A stretch of 64,000 nucleotides of DNA, from NCBI GenBank assembly GCA_034004115.1, contig JAVEXG010000003.1:4753-68752 (forward strand). Direction: 5' to 3'. The DNA is from Bacteroidales bacterium. GTDB taxonomy: Bacteria; Bacteroidota; Bacteroidia; Bacteroidales; VadinHA17. Under the pieces are notes generated by a model. The model did no database searches and was not told where the DNA came from. It saw only the letters and a program-made list of their open reading frames with translations. This document shows positions 1 through 9,084 of the stretch, piece by piece. The translations under genes and the position numbers were made by a program. The first letter of the stretch is position 1, and each line of letters opens with the position of its first letter.

Positions 1-343
1 TGGTATCAATTATCAGCCTTACGAGCCTTTCCTTGTTTGCAAGAGTAGTCTCATCAAGGTATTTGTCCTTCGTTTCTGACCTGCGTACCGATTCTATAAA
101 TGCTGCCTTATCGTTCAGATCAAGGATCTTTATCCTTCTGTCTTCAGTTATTCTGAACAAGGCAAGATAGGAACTTACAGTTTCAAATATCTCCCTGATT
201 GTACTGATAGGGGTATACACCCTGTTATCTGCATGGTTGTTCTGGAAATGAATTCCATTAACCGATCTGAGCCGTTCAACTTCTTCCGTAAGCTTTTTAT
301 TAGCCTGGAGAAGCTCTTCATATGTAATTTTGATGTCAGACAT
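1..343 (-). CDS. hypothetical protein, N-terminal ~114 codons only (CDS runs off the left edge of the window)
   Basis: I translated the minus strand from the ATG at 343..341: MSDIKITYEELLQANKKLTEEVERLRSVNGIHFQNN... The frame stays open to position 2. It is absent from the ORF track because there is no stop in the window. No family recognised. Confidence 0.4.
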   Translation of the reverse strand, partial: MSDIKITYEELLQANKKLTEEVERLRSVNGIHFQNNHADNRVYTPISTIREIFETVSSYLALFRITEDRRIKILDLNDKAAFIESVRRSETKDKYLDETTLANKERLVRLIIDT

Positions 344-399
344 GAATTTTTTCTGATCTTTATCCTATAGAACGTTATTTTGAGTGGTAACTGTATGTA

Positions 400-1053
400 T
401 CATACATATTTCTGCCTGTTTTTTTCAATGTAGTACCTGCAGAACTCCCTTAAGCCGCACTCACCGCACAGCGGAGTTCTGGCCTTGCAGACATATCTCC
501 CGTGAAGAATCAGCCAGTGGTGGGCTTTATGGATCATTGACTGCGGGATGTTTTTCGACAGCTGAAGTTCAGCACTTAACGGTGTTCTGGCGTTTTTAGT
601 CAGGCCTATCCTTGCGGAGACTCTGAATACATGGGTATCGACGGCCATTACGGGTTTTTTGTAAACCACCGATGCCACCACATTTGCGGTTTTCCTTCCG
701 ACTCCAGGCAGTCTTTGCAGTTCGGACGGATCGGAAGGGACTACTCCTCCGAAATCACTCACAAGCATTTTAGCCATTGCAACCAGATGCTTTGCCTTGT
801 TGTTTGGGTAGGAACATGATTTGATGAACTCAAACACGTCCGGCTGCTCCGCTTTTGCCATCGATTCCGCATCGGGATACCTCTCAAGAAGTGCGGGAGT
901 GATCATGTTCACACGCTTGTCGGTGCATTGTGCTGACAGGATTACGGCAACGATCAGTTCGAAAGGATCTGAGTATGAGAGTTCAGTCTCTGCAATCGGC
1001 ATGTTGATACTGAAATACTCAATTGTTTTGCGGTATCGTTCTCTGGCAGTCAT
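400..1053 (-). CDS. nth: endonuclease III (HhH-GPD base-excision glycosylase/lyase)
   Basis: 217 aa. Carries 'SAQCTDKRVN', the helix-hairpin-helix 'LPGVGRKTANVV', and the C-terminal Fe-S Cys cluster 'CKARTPLCGECGLREFC'. Confidence 0.92.
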   Translation of the reverse strand: MTARERYRKTIEYFSINMPIAETELSYSDPFELIVAVILSAQCTDKRVNMITPALLERYPDAESMAKAEQPDVFEFIKSCSYPNNKAKHLVAMAKMLVSDFGGVVPSDPSELQRLPGVGRKTANVVASVVYKKPVMAVDTHVFRVSARIGLTKNARTPLSAELQLSKNIPQSMIHKAHHWLILHGRYVCKARTPLCGECGLREFCRYYIEKNRQKYV

Positions 1054-1206
1054 ATCTGGATGAAAAAGACGGATCTAAAGTTAGTTCTTTTTATCAATGA
1101 ATTGAATCCTTCTGAAAGCGTGCCGCTCTTTATGATTTTGATATTTTAAGGTTTTATATGTGATTCCGTATGTTTTGTTAACTTTATCGGGCAAAGGAAA
1201 AGTCAA

Positions 1207-2244
1207 TTGGAAAAAATAGTAATCAAGACACGTGATTCTGTTTCGGATATCCTTGTAGGTGAAGGCTGGGAGATGGTTCATGAACTGCTGCCCGAATCGG
1301 GTGTGGCAATTCTGACCGACAAAAATATTTACAGGATTTATGGAGACAAATTCCCCGATTTCCCGGTATTTCAGGTCGATGCGGGGGAGGCAAGCAAAAA
1401 GATCCGGGTGGTTGAATCGCTGGCCGGAGAGCTTCTGGAGGCCGGAATAGACCGGGACGGGTTAATTCTGGGTATCGGCGGGGGTGTTGTCTGCGATCTG
1501 GCAGGATTTCTGGCTTCCATATACATGCGCGGCATTAGATGCGCTTATGTTTCCACTTCTCTGCTTTCGCAGGTCGACGCCAGCACGGGAGGCAAAAACG
1601 GAGTGAACCTTGATGGGGCGAAAAATGTTCTTGGCTGCTTTAAACAGCCGGAGTTTGTGGTCTGTGATCCGGTGATGCTGGAGACCCTGCCGGAGGAGGA
1701 ATATTATTCGGGACTTGCCGAACTTATTAAGACAGCACTTATCGGCGACCGCAAACTATTTGAACTTCTTGAGAACAACCAGGCAGGAATATCCCGGCGT
1801 GATCCGGGGCTTCTCTCAATGTGCATTTCGATGGCTGTCAACTTTAAGGCTGCCGTAGTCACTGAAGACGAAAAGGAGTTTGGACTTAGGCGTATTCTTA
1901 ATTTCGGGCATACTTACGGACATGCAATAGAAATGTATAAATCGTACCGGCATGGATATGCTGTCGCCGCAGGAATGGAAATTGCCTCCGGGTTTTCCCT
2001 CTCGAGAGGAATGATTGTAAGGGAAGAGTATGAAAGGATAACAGGTCTCCTGAACACGTACGGATTACTGCTAAGTCATGACATTCCTGACGACCAGATA
2101 ACTCAGCTGATAATGAAGGACAAGAAAAAGTCGGGGAATGACATAAGCTTTGTATTCCTGAGCGCAATAGGTAAAGCAGTGGCTGAAAAGATCACTGTAA
2201 TAGAAGCAGCTGAGTTTTATATTCAGAGTAAAACCGTCAAATAA
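1207..2244 (+). CDS. aroB: 3-dehydroquinate synthase
   Basis: 345 aa. Carries 'GIGGGVVCDLAGFLASIYMRGI' and the metal-site motif 'NFGHTYGHAIE'. The first codon at 1207 is TTG, which the track renders as M. aroC follows after 10 nt. Confidence 0.88.
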   Translation: MEKIVIKTRDSVSDILVGEGWEMVHELLPESGVAILTDKNIYRIYGDKFPDFPVFQVDAGEASKKIRVVESLAGELLEAGIDRDGLILGIGGGVVCDLAGFLASIYMRGIRCAYVSTSLLSQVDASTGGKNGVNLDGAKNVLGCFKQPEFVVCDPVMLETLPEEEYYSGLAELIKTALIGDRKLFELLENNQAGISRRDPGLLSMCISMAVNFKAAVVTEDEKEFGLRRILNFGHTYGHAIEMYKSYRHGYAVAAGMEIASGFSLSRGMIVREEYERITGLLNTYGLLLSHDIPDDQITQLIMKDKKKSGNDISFVFLSAIGKAVAEKITVIEAAEFYIQSKTVK

Positions 2245-2254
2245 AGTACATTAT

Positions 2255-3250
2255 ATGAATTCTTTTGGTCAAGTGTTCAGAGTTTCGGTTTTTGGGGAGT
2301 CGCATGGTAGTGCCATCGGTGTTATAATAGACGGATGCCCTCCCGGGATTAGTGTCAGTCCGGATGATTTTATGCCGGATCTTTCGCGAAGGCGAAGCGG
2401 ATCAAAGGGAACAACCCCGCGCAGCGAGACGGATAAACCTGAGATACTGAGCGGAGTATATAACGGCAATACAACAGGGGCACCTCTTACCCTTGTCACC
2501 AGAAACAGTGACAGGAGATCGGCCGATTACGATGAGTTCAGGAATATCCCGCGGCCGGGTCATGCTGACTTTGTGGCCGGGATAAAATATAAGGGTAAGG
2601 CCGACATGAGGGGAAGCGGCCATTTTTCGGGCAGGATAACGTGGGGACTTGTGGCTGCGGGCGTGATAGCAAAAAGAATCATTCAGCCGTCAGCTGTAAA
2701 TGCCCGGCTTATATCCGCAGGAGGCATGAGCGATATTGATAAGGCAATTGAGAAAGCACTTTCGGATGGAGATTCAATCGGAGGCATAATCGAATGCAGG
2801 ATTTCAGATCCGGTTACGGCTCTCGGGGAACCATTCTTCTACCCGGTTGAATCAGCTGTCAGTCATGCCGTCTTTGCAATTCCCGCAATCAAGGGTATTG
2901 AATTCGGTTCGGGTTTTGGGGCAGCTTCGATGAAGGGATCGGAACATAATGATGCTTTTATTGATGACAAAGGAAAAACCCTTACAAACAACGCCGGAGG
3001 GATTAACGGAGGAATCACCAACGGGAATGAGATAATTTTCAGGGTTGCGGTAAAACCTACATCATCGACGGGAGTGGAACAGAATACCTTCGATTTTGGC
3101 AGGAAGGAGATGACACATCTGAACGTAAAGGGGAGGCATGATACATGCATCGCCCTCAGAATGCCTGTAATAGTGGAAGCCGCTGCTGCCGTTGCGTTGG
3201 CCGACCTTCTGATGATCGACAGGGGGATTAACGGGTTGCGGACTATCTGA
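2255..3250 (+). CDS. aroC: chorismate synthase
   Basis: 331 aa. The N-terminal signature 'FRVSVFGESHGSAIGVIIDGCPPG' and 'GRHDTCIALR' are typical of AroC. Confidence 0.93.
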   Translation: MNSFGQVFRVSVFGESHGSAIGVIIDGCPPGISVSPDDFMPDLSRRRSGSKGTTPRSETDKPEILSGVYNGNTTGAPLTLVTRNSDRRSADYDEFRNIPRPGHADFVAGIKYKGKADMRGSGHFSGRITWGLVAAGVIAKRIIQPSAVNARLISAGGMSDIDKAIEKALSDGDSIGGIIECRISDPVTALGEPFFYPVESAVSHAVFAIPAIKGIEFGSGFGAASMKGSEHNDAFIDDKGKTLTNNAGGINGGITNGNEIIFRVAVKPTSSTGVEQNTFDFGRKEMTHLNVKGRHDTCIALRMPVIVEAAAAVALADLLMIDRGINGLRTI

Positions 3251-3256
3251 TTATTT

Positions 3257-4597
3257 TCATTCGGACGGATCGTTCATCTCAATCCTCAGTACCGTTCTGG
3301 TTGAATCAGTAACCCTGAACCTGTCATCAAGCCTTTCACCCATTACCCAGACAATGTCACCGTCCGATTCAAGTATCATGGTTTCTTCCTTTCTTATCCT
3401 TGAAAACTTGTTATCGACAAAGTGATCACTGAGTTTCTTTCTGTTCTTCATGCCCAGGGGTACGAAGTAATCGCCCTCTTTCCATCTTCTTACAATAAGT
3501 GGCAGCCTGATCTTTTCCCGGTCGATTGATGCAATCCGCGGGTCGCGGGGTATTGTGTAGCCGGAATCCACCTGATAAAGGGATGCAAACCTGACCGACG
3601 GGATACTCAGCAGATCCTCCACTGATTCTATAATGAGATCTGCCTGATGTTCGTATCTGACCGAACTTACAATGAGTTCATTCCTGTTCTTCAGAATCCG
3701 GTGCGTTAATGTGAATATCTGTTTTCCAGTGTCTGCGTTCACCAGTTTTTGAAGATCTCCGGCAAGAGGCTCCGTTATGCCCCATGGGAAGAAGAGTTCG
3801 AACATCATTGCTTTGTTTGCACTGAATTCAGCAAGTTTTTCAGTATCAAAAACTATTGACCGGCCTCTTTTTACTGAAATCCGCGATCTGAGACCTTCGA
3901 TGTGTTCCGAAAGTATTCTGTCGAGCCCGCCCAGTCTCAGCGCTGTATCATTGAGAGTCTCTTCTATCGATGGATTAATTTCTTTCATGACCGGGATCAC
4001 AAGATGCCTTATCTTGTTGCGCGTATATTTAGTTTCGGCATTCGATCGGTCTTCCCTGAAAGGTACGCTGAATTCGCTGCACCAGGCTTCAATCCTTGCC
4101 CTTGTAGCGAAAAGGAGAGGCCTGATGATTCCATTGGCTGAAGGTTTCATTCCGGCAAGTCCCGTAAGCCCTGTTCCCCTTGTGAGGTTGATAAGCAATG
4201 TTTCAATGTTGTCGTTCAGATTGTGGGCCACGGCAATATGGCTGCAGCCTTGCTGAATTCTCAGTTGCTCAAACCACTCATACCTGAGATCCCTTGCAGC
4301 CATCTGTATCGATATGCCTTTTCCACCGGCAAATTTCCTTGTATCAAATGATACTGAATGGAAGGGGATGTTGTCCTTTCCGGCATAGACCCTTACAAGT
4401 TCCTCGTCCATGTCCGATTCTGCTCCCCTCAGCCTGAAATTGCAGTGGGCGATAACTGCATCGGCTCTCATCCTCGAGAAGAGGTGAAGCATTACCATTG
4501 AATCGATCCCTCCGCTCACAGCCAGAAGTATCCTGTCATCCTTTGTGAACAGGGCATTCCTGGCAGCATAATCCTTGAATTCTTCGAATAGAGTCAT
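3257..4597 (-). CDS. tilS: tRNA(Ile)-lysidine synthetase
   Basis: 446 aa. PP-loop 'LAVSGGIDSMVMLH' followed by a TilS-type C-terminal extension. Confidence 0.88.
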   Translation of the reverse strand: MTLFEEFKDYAARNALFTKDDRILLAVSGGIDSMVMLHLFSRMRADAVIAHCNFRLRGAESDMDEELVRVYAGKDNIPFHSVSFDTRKFAGGKGISIQMAARDLRYEWFEQLRIQQGCSHIAVAHNLNDNIETLLINLTRGTGLTGLAGMKPSANGIIRPLLFATRARIEAWCSEFSVPFREDRSNAETKYTRNKIRHLVIPVMKEINPSIEETLNDTALRLGGLDRILSEHIEGLRSRISVKRGRSIVFDTEKLAEFSANKAMMFELFFPWGITEPLAGDLQKLVNADTGKQIFTLTHRILKNRNELIVSSVRYEHQADLIIESVEDLLSIPSVRFASLYQVDSGYTIPRDPRIASIDREKIRLPLIVRRWKEGDYFVPLGMKNRKKLSDHFVDNKFSRIRKEETMILESDGDIVWVMGERLDDRFRVTDSTRTVLRIEMNDPSE

Positions 4598-4599
4598 AG

Positions 4600-6573
4600 T
4601 TATCTGAATCGTACTATGGATGGTTGACCGGGTTCAAAATTGTAAGGTTTCAGCATTTGTTCTCCCGATACCATTAACGGGGTTGTAACTGAGTACGGCG
4701 GAACATTAGGGAAAAAACCCAGCCTGATCTGGAAAGTGTTCAGGATGAGATTGTCGTTCCTTACCCTGAGGCCAAGCCCGAAGGCTGACACAAATTCGCC
4801 CCTTGCCACGAACTGGTTAGTTCCGAAGAGAATTCCGGCATCGGCAAATCCGAATAATGCAAACCTGAAACCGTAAAAATCAACCGGACTGAAAAGCACT
4901 GTTTCGAAGTTAAAGGCAAGTCTCTGGGTATTGCCTATTGAATCGTTCCTGAAGCCTGAAAAACCATCATCCCGGATAAAGGTAAGTGATTCGTCGTAAT
5001 ACCTGTCAAAACCTCTTGTGTATTCAGCATTTATGAAGTTCCTTATCCGGTATCTGCCTGTATAGAGAAGGTTCGAAATGAAACTGGTCCTGAACGAGAG
5101 GATGCCCTGTTCCGTTTTATTGTGGTTTATGAAGGTTCCGAAAGCGGCTGACGAATAGATATAGCCCATTTCGTTTACAGATTCGCCCAGTGAAACGGAT
5201 GCCCCGGTGTAGTACCTGTTCTTGAATTTGTTGAATTCGCGTCCGGCAGTAATATTAAATAAAAGTCCGTGGGGTATGTCTTCAGTGCGGCCATAGCCAT
5301 AGATAAGGCTTGCCTTGTAGAATCGCTGGACGGAGTAGGAGACAGAACCGAGGAAGAGGCGGTATTGCTGCAGATGGTGATAGGAATCGGGATTGATGTA
5401 TGGATGCTGAAATACATTATTATTGGTGTACCGTACTCCGACGATGAGCCGGGTGACCGACTTGTTATCAATGAGGAAAGATCTTAAGAGCCAGTAATCC
5501 TGCAGATTGTATTTAACAGGGTGTGGTTCGGGAAGGGAATCGAGATCATCCGAGGTGATGGTTCTTCTGAGAGTAATGTTCCCTGCGTATTTTGTTGTTG
5601 AGCTTATCAGCCTCCGGCCGATGTCGATTCCGTAGGTTTTTCTGCCCAGCCCGTCGTGAAAAAACAATCCCAGATCGGTAAAGGTTCTTCCCAGGTTGTT
5701 CACTTTATAGTTTACTCCGAATCCCGGAGAATTTATGGAGTCAACATCCCAGGGAACATCAATTCCGAATTCATGACCCATTCCAAAGACATTCCTTTCG
5801 AACACGGATACCTTTCCTTTTCCGACTCCTGCCAGGCTGGCCGATACCCCGAGAGAGTATATATCTTTTGTGACAACTATCACATCCGCAAGAGAATCTG
5901 AAACCGGAACCACCAGAATCCTCGCGTCGTCTATAAAGGGGAGTTGCCTCAGGTATCTCTCGTTGTCACTCATGGTGAGAGGGGAGATTGTGTCGCCTGA
6001 ATGAAAAAGGAGGTTCTTTTTAATTATCAGCTCATTGGTGTTGAAATGAGTCTTGTTAAGAAGTTTTTCTGTTCTGTTTGGTTCAAAGAAATCAGGGGTG
6101 TTTATGTTTGATCCGAAGACATTCAGTCTTTTTATTTCTATGTTTCTGATTATCAGTCCTGAAGATTTAATGAATTTCTCCTCGCTTGAGCCTGATATCT
6201 CTTTTGTCGTTTCGGGATCGCGGTCAATTATAATGAAATCGTAAAGCTTCCTGGTGACCAGTGTTTTGGAAGCCTTGTTCTTAAGCGAATCGAGTAAGAT
6301 CATTGTGCGTTGCTCTCCGTTTACGGCAGGTGCAATAAGTCTGGAAGCCCCCGCGTTGTCTGTCCCCGGCAGCAAAAGCCTTATCTTCCTGATATCAGGC
6401 ATAGGAAGACGTTCTGCTTTACTGATCGCAGAATCTGCAATGAATTTTCCCTGCGGGTAGGAGGGTAAGAAAATAAGTAGAAATACCTGGAAGCAGAAGA
6501 ATCTCCGGATCAGCTGGAAACTTTTAATATCTTCATTTTCAGGTTTCATTCTGATTTTTGAGTAGAACATCAT
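4600..6573 (-). CDS. putative Omp85/BamA-family outer-membrane protein (one POTRA-like segment plus beta-barrel)
   Basis: 657 aa. It has a hydrophobic N-terminal segment, then a POTRA-like stretch ('IIRNIEIKRLNVFG ... DVIVVTKDIYSLG'), then about 400 aa of alternating aromatic/Gly beta-strand-like sequence. The family call is by pattern only. The stop lies 2 nt before the tilS start. Confidence 0.5.
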   Translation of the reverse strand: MMFYSKIRMKPENEDIKSFQLIRRFFCFQVFLLIFLPSYPQGKFIADSAISKAERLPMPDIRKIRLLLPGTDNAGASRLIAPAVNGEQRTMILLDSLKNKASKTLVTRKLYDFIIIDRDPETTKEISGSSEEKFIKSSGLIIRNIEIKRLNVFGSNINTPDFFEPNRTEKLLNKTHFNTNELIIKKNLLFHSGDTISPLTMSDNERYLRQLPFIDDARILVVPVSDSLADVIVVTKDIYSLGVSASLAGVGKGKVSVFERNVFGMGHEFGIDVPWDVDSINSPGFGVNYKVNNLGRTFTDLGLFFHDGLGRKTYGIDIGRRLISSTTKYAGNITLRRTITSDDLDSLPEPHPVKYNLQDYWLLRSFLIDNKSVTRLIVGVRYTNNNVFQHPYINPDSYHHLQQYRLFLGSVSYSVQRFYKASLIYGYGRTEDIPHGLLFNITAGREFNKFKNRYYTGASVSLGESVNEMGYIYSSAAFGTFINHNKTEQGILSFRTSFISNLLYTGRYRIRNFINAEYTRGFDRYYDESLTFIRDDGFSGFRNDSIGNTQRLAFNFETVLFSPVDFYGFRFALFGFADAGILFGTNQFVARGEFVSAFGLGLRVRNDNLILNTFQIRLGFFPNVPPYSVTTPLMVSGEQMLKPYNFEPGQPSIVRFR

Positions 6574-7255
6574 CAGAGTTGAACTGGAATCCGAGACGTT
6601 TACCCGTTATTATCCTGGAATGCTGTATTTTTTCTTCCGCCTGTCCGACTGTGGCAATTTTTACTGTATCGTACGGAGGCACGAGGAGATCAAATTCCAG
6701 GGAGTACTGGATGGCGGTAGAAATTATTACCTGCAGGGAAGACCGGGTAATTGGCTCATTGCCGTAATTCGAGAAGAGCATGCCCATCTGTCGTTTTCCT
6801 TCAACCAGGTACTGGTTTTCATGGTTAATGAAGATCCTTGCGATCAGGTATCCTAGATCGTCAAGTCTTGAGTATTTGAACGAATCGTACAGAAAGTTGT
6901 AGATATTGATCATTCCCGAATACGCATTGTTCTTGTTTTTCTGGATATAAGGTGTTTTCCATGCCGGATGTTCCCTGTCGAACTGAAAGATGTTTGAATG
7001 CATGCTGAACAGGAGAACATCGCCGGCTACCTTCAGTTGTGCATCGAAGCTGCTCCTGTCGGTATACTCCATTTTAATCCTTGAATCCACGTTCCCGAGG
7101 CTATTGTTGACATCTTTGGAAAGGTTTTTCAGTAAATCCTTTACTACGTTGAACCATTCAAAGGTGTTGTCGAACACTTTCTGTTTCAGCAGCGATTTTT
7201 CCTTTAGTGTGTTGATAATCTGAACTTTTTTATCTTCAGGTTCTGGCATGACCAT
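6539..7255 (-). CDS. hypothetical protein (no signal peptide, no family recognised)
   Basis: 238-aa ORF with an ATG start. Its 3' end overlaps the start of the downstream Omp85-like ORF by 35 nt. Coding-like composition. Confidence 0.55.
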   Translation of the reverse strand: MVMPEPEDKKVQIINTLKEKSLLKQKVFDNTFEWFNVVKDLLKNLSKDVNNSLGNVDSRIKMEYTDRSSFDAQLKVAGDVLLFSMHSNIFQFDREHPAWKTPYIQKNKNNAYSGMINIYNFLYDSFKYSRLDDLGYLIARIFINHENQYLVEGKRQMGMLFSNYGNEPITRSSLQVIISTAIQYSLEFDLLVPPYDTVKIATVGQAEEKIQHSRIITGKRLGFQFNSDDVLLKNQNET

Positions 7256-7314
7256 AGATTTTATTTATAACGGAGCTCTAAAATAGCAAATATATCGCGA
7301 ATTGCAGCTTTACT

Positions 7315-8790
7315 TTAGTATGATCTTGCAAAAAGGACGCGTCTTTTTGATGGCTTTCCTGAGTAGATGCAACTGCCTTCTTCTTCAGGTGAGTCGAAAG
7401 GTATGCACCTGATTGTGGCTTTTGTCTCTTCCTTGATTTTTTCCTCTGTTTCTGATGTGCCGTCCCAGTGGGCAAGAATGAAGCCTCCCTGTTTCTCGAT
7501 GATTTCGAGAAATTCTTTCCAGGTGTCTATTCTATATGTATTGTCAGCACGGAATTTCAATGCCTTTTTGAATAGATTGTCCTGGATATCTTCAAGCAGA
7601 TCCTTTAACCTCTCCGGCAGACCTTCTGATGAAATTGTTTCTTTTTCAAGAGTGTCGCGCCTTGCAATCTCCACAGTATTGTTTTCTATATCCCGCGGTC
7701 CGATGGCTATCCTTACCGGAACACCCTTCAGCTCATAATCTGCAAACTTGAAACCCGGTTTAAGGTTATCGCGGTCGTCGTACTTCACTGAAATGCCCGC
7801 TTTCTGCAGTTCTGCCATTATTTTCCGGGCCTTTTCACTTATAATCTGAAGCTGTTCGTCAGTTTTGAAGATAGGGACAATTACTGTCTGGGTAGGAGCC
7901 AGCCTGGGCGGCAGGATAAGTCCTTTGTTATCGGAGTGGGCCATTATCAGGGCTCCGACCATCCTTGTCGAGACTCCCCACGAAGTGGCCCATACGTAAT
8001 CGAGCTTTCCGGTCTTGTCGGTGAACTGAACATCGAAGGCTTTCGCAAAGTTCTGACCAAGGAAATGGCTCGTTCCTGCCTGAAGGGCTTTCCCGTCCTG
8101 CATCAGAGCTTCAATTGTATAGGTGTCGATTGCCCCTGCAAAACGTTCATTTTCGGTTTTGTATCCCCTGATGACAGGAAGTGCCATATAATTTTCAGCA
8201 AAGTCGGCGTATACATTTATCATCCTCTCAGTTTCCTCAACAGCTTCCTGACTTGTCGCATGGGCTGTATGCCCCTCCTGCCAGAGAAACTCAGTCGTCC
8301 TTAAGAACAGACGGGTGCGCATCTCCCATCTTACAACGTTCGCCCACTGGTTGATCAGAATAGGGAGGTCGCGGTATGACTGGATCCAGTTTTTGTATGA
8401 ATGCCAGATAATCGTTTCAGAGGTGGGACGGATTATAAGCTCTTCCTCCAGTTTAGCGGCAGGATCAACAACAACTCCCTTTCCATTCTCATCGTTTTTT
8501 AACCTGTAGTGGGTTACAACTGCACACTCCTTGGCAAAGCCTTCCACATGTGCTGCTTCCCTGCTGAAAAAAGATTTCGGTATAAAAAGAGGAAAATATG
8601 CATTGACATGGCCGGTTGCCTTGAACATTTTGTCAAGTCCCGCCTGTATGTTTTCCCATATTGCATATCCATAGGGCTTGATAACCATGCAGCCCCTCAC
8701 CGCCGAATTTTCGGCAAGATCGGCCTTTATTACAAGGTCGTTGTACCATTGAGCATAATTATCTTCCCTGTCTGTCAAAAACTTAGCCAT
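7315..8790 (-). CDS. proS: proline--tRNA ligase (archaeal/eukaryote-like class II type)
   Basis: 491 aa. N-terminus '[35 protein letters not shown]', with class II motifs throughout. Confidence 0.94.
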   Translation of the reverse strand: MAKFLTDREDNYAQWYNDLVIKADLAENSAVRGCMVIKPYGYAIWENIQAGLDKMFKATGHVNAYFPLFIPKSFFSREAAHVEGFAKECAVVTHYRLKNDENGKGVVVDPAAKLEEELIIRPTSETIIWHSYKNWIQSYRDLPILINQWANVVRWEMRTRLFLRTTEFLWQEGHTAHATSQEAVEETERMINVYADFAENYMALPVIRGYKTENERFAGAIDTYTIEALMQDGKALQAGTSHFLGQNFAKAFDVQFTDKTGKLDYVWATSWGVSTRMVGALIMAHSDNKGLILPPRLAPTQTVIVPIFKTDEQLQIISEKARKIMAELQKAGISVKYDDRDNLKPGFKFADYELKGVPVRIAIGPRDIENNTVEIARRDTLEKETISSEGLPERLKDLLEDIQDNLFKKALKFRADNTYRIDTWKEFLEIIEKQGGFILAHWDGTSETEEKIKEETKATIRCIPFDSPEEEGSCIYSGKPSKRRVLFARSY

Positions 8791-9084
8791 TGTACTGTAT
8801 TGTATTTTAAATTGTCTGGATCATTTATAAGCTGGTCGTAAAAGTAGTTAAATAATGGAAATTTAAAAAAGCGGGTACATGCATGGGCAGGAAATAGCAG
8901 AGTTGCTTAGCCCTGCAGACTAAAAGAGAATTATAAGCGTTTTGAAAATGATTGTTACTTTGGCAAAAAGAATTAAATTTGCTGAAACCTGAAGCCTGAG
9001 TAAAAATCTGGAAAACCTTATACTTTGGTATGGATTTTGATATTTGTTTGTAAGTAAAGTAAACAAGAGGAAACAACAACCAAA

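Noticed and set aside
384-1063. Three plus-strand ORFs (384..599, 631..819, 821..1063).
   Set aside because: All three are antisense to the well-supported endonuclease III gene and have no features of their own.
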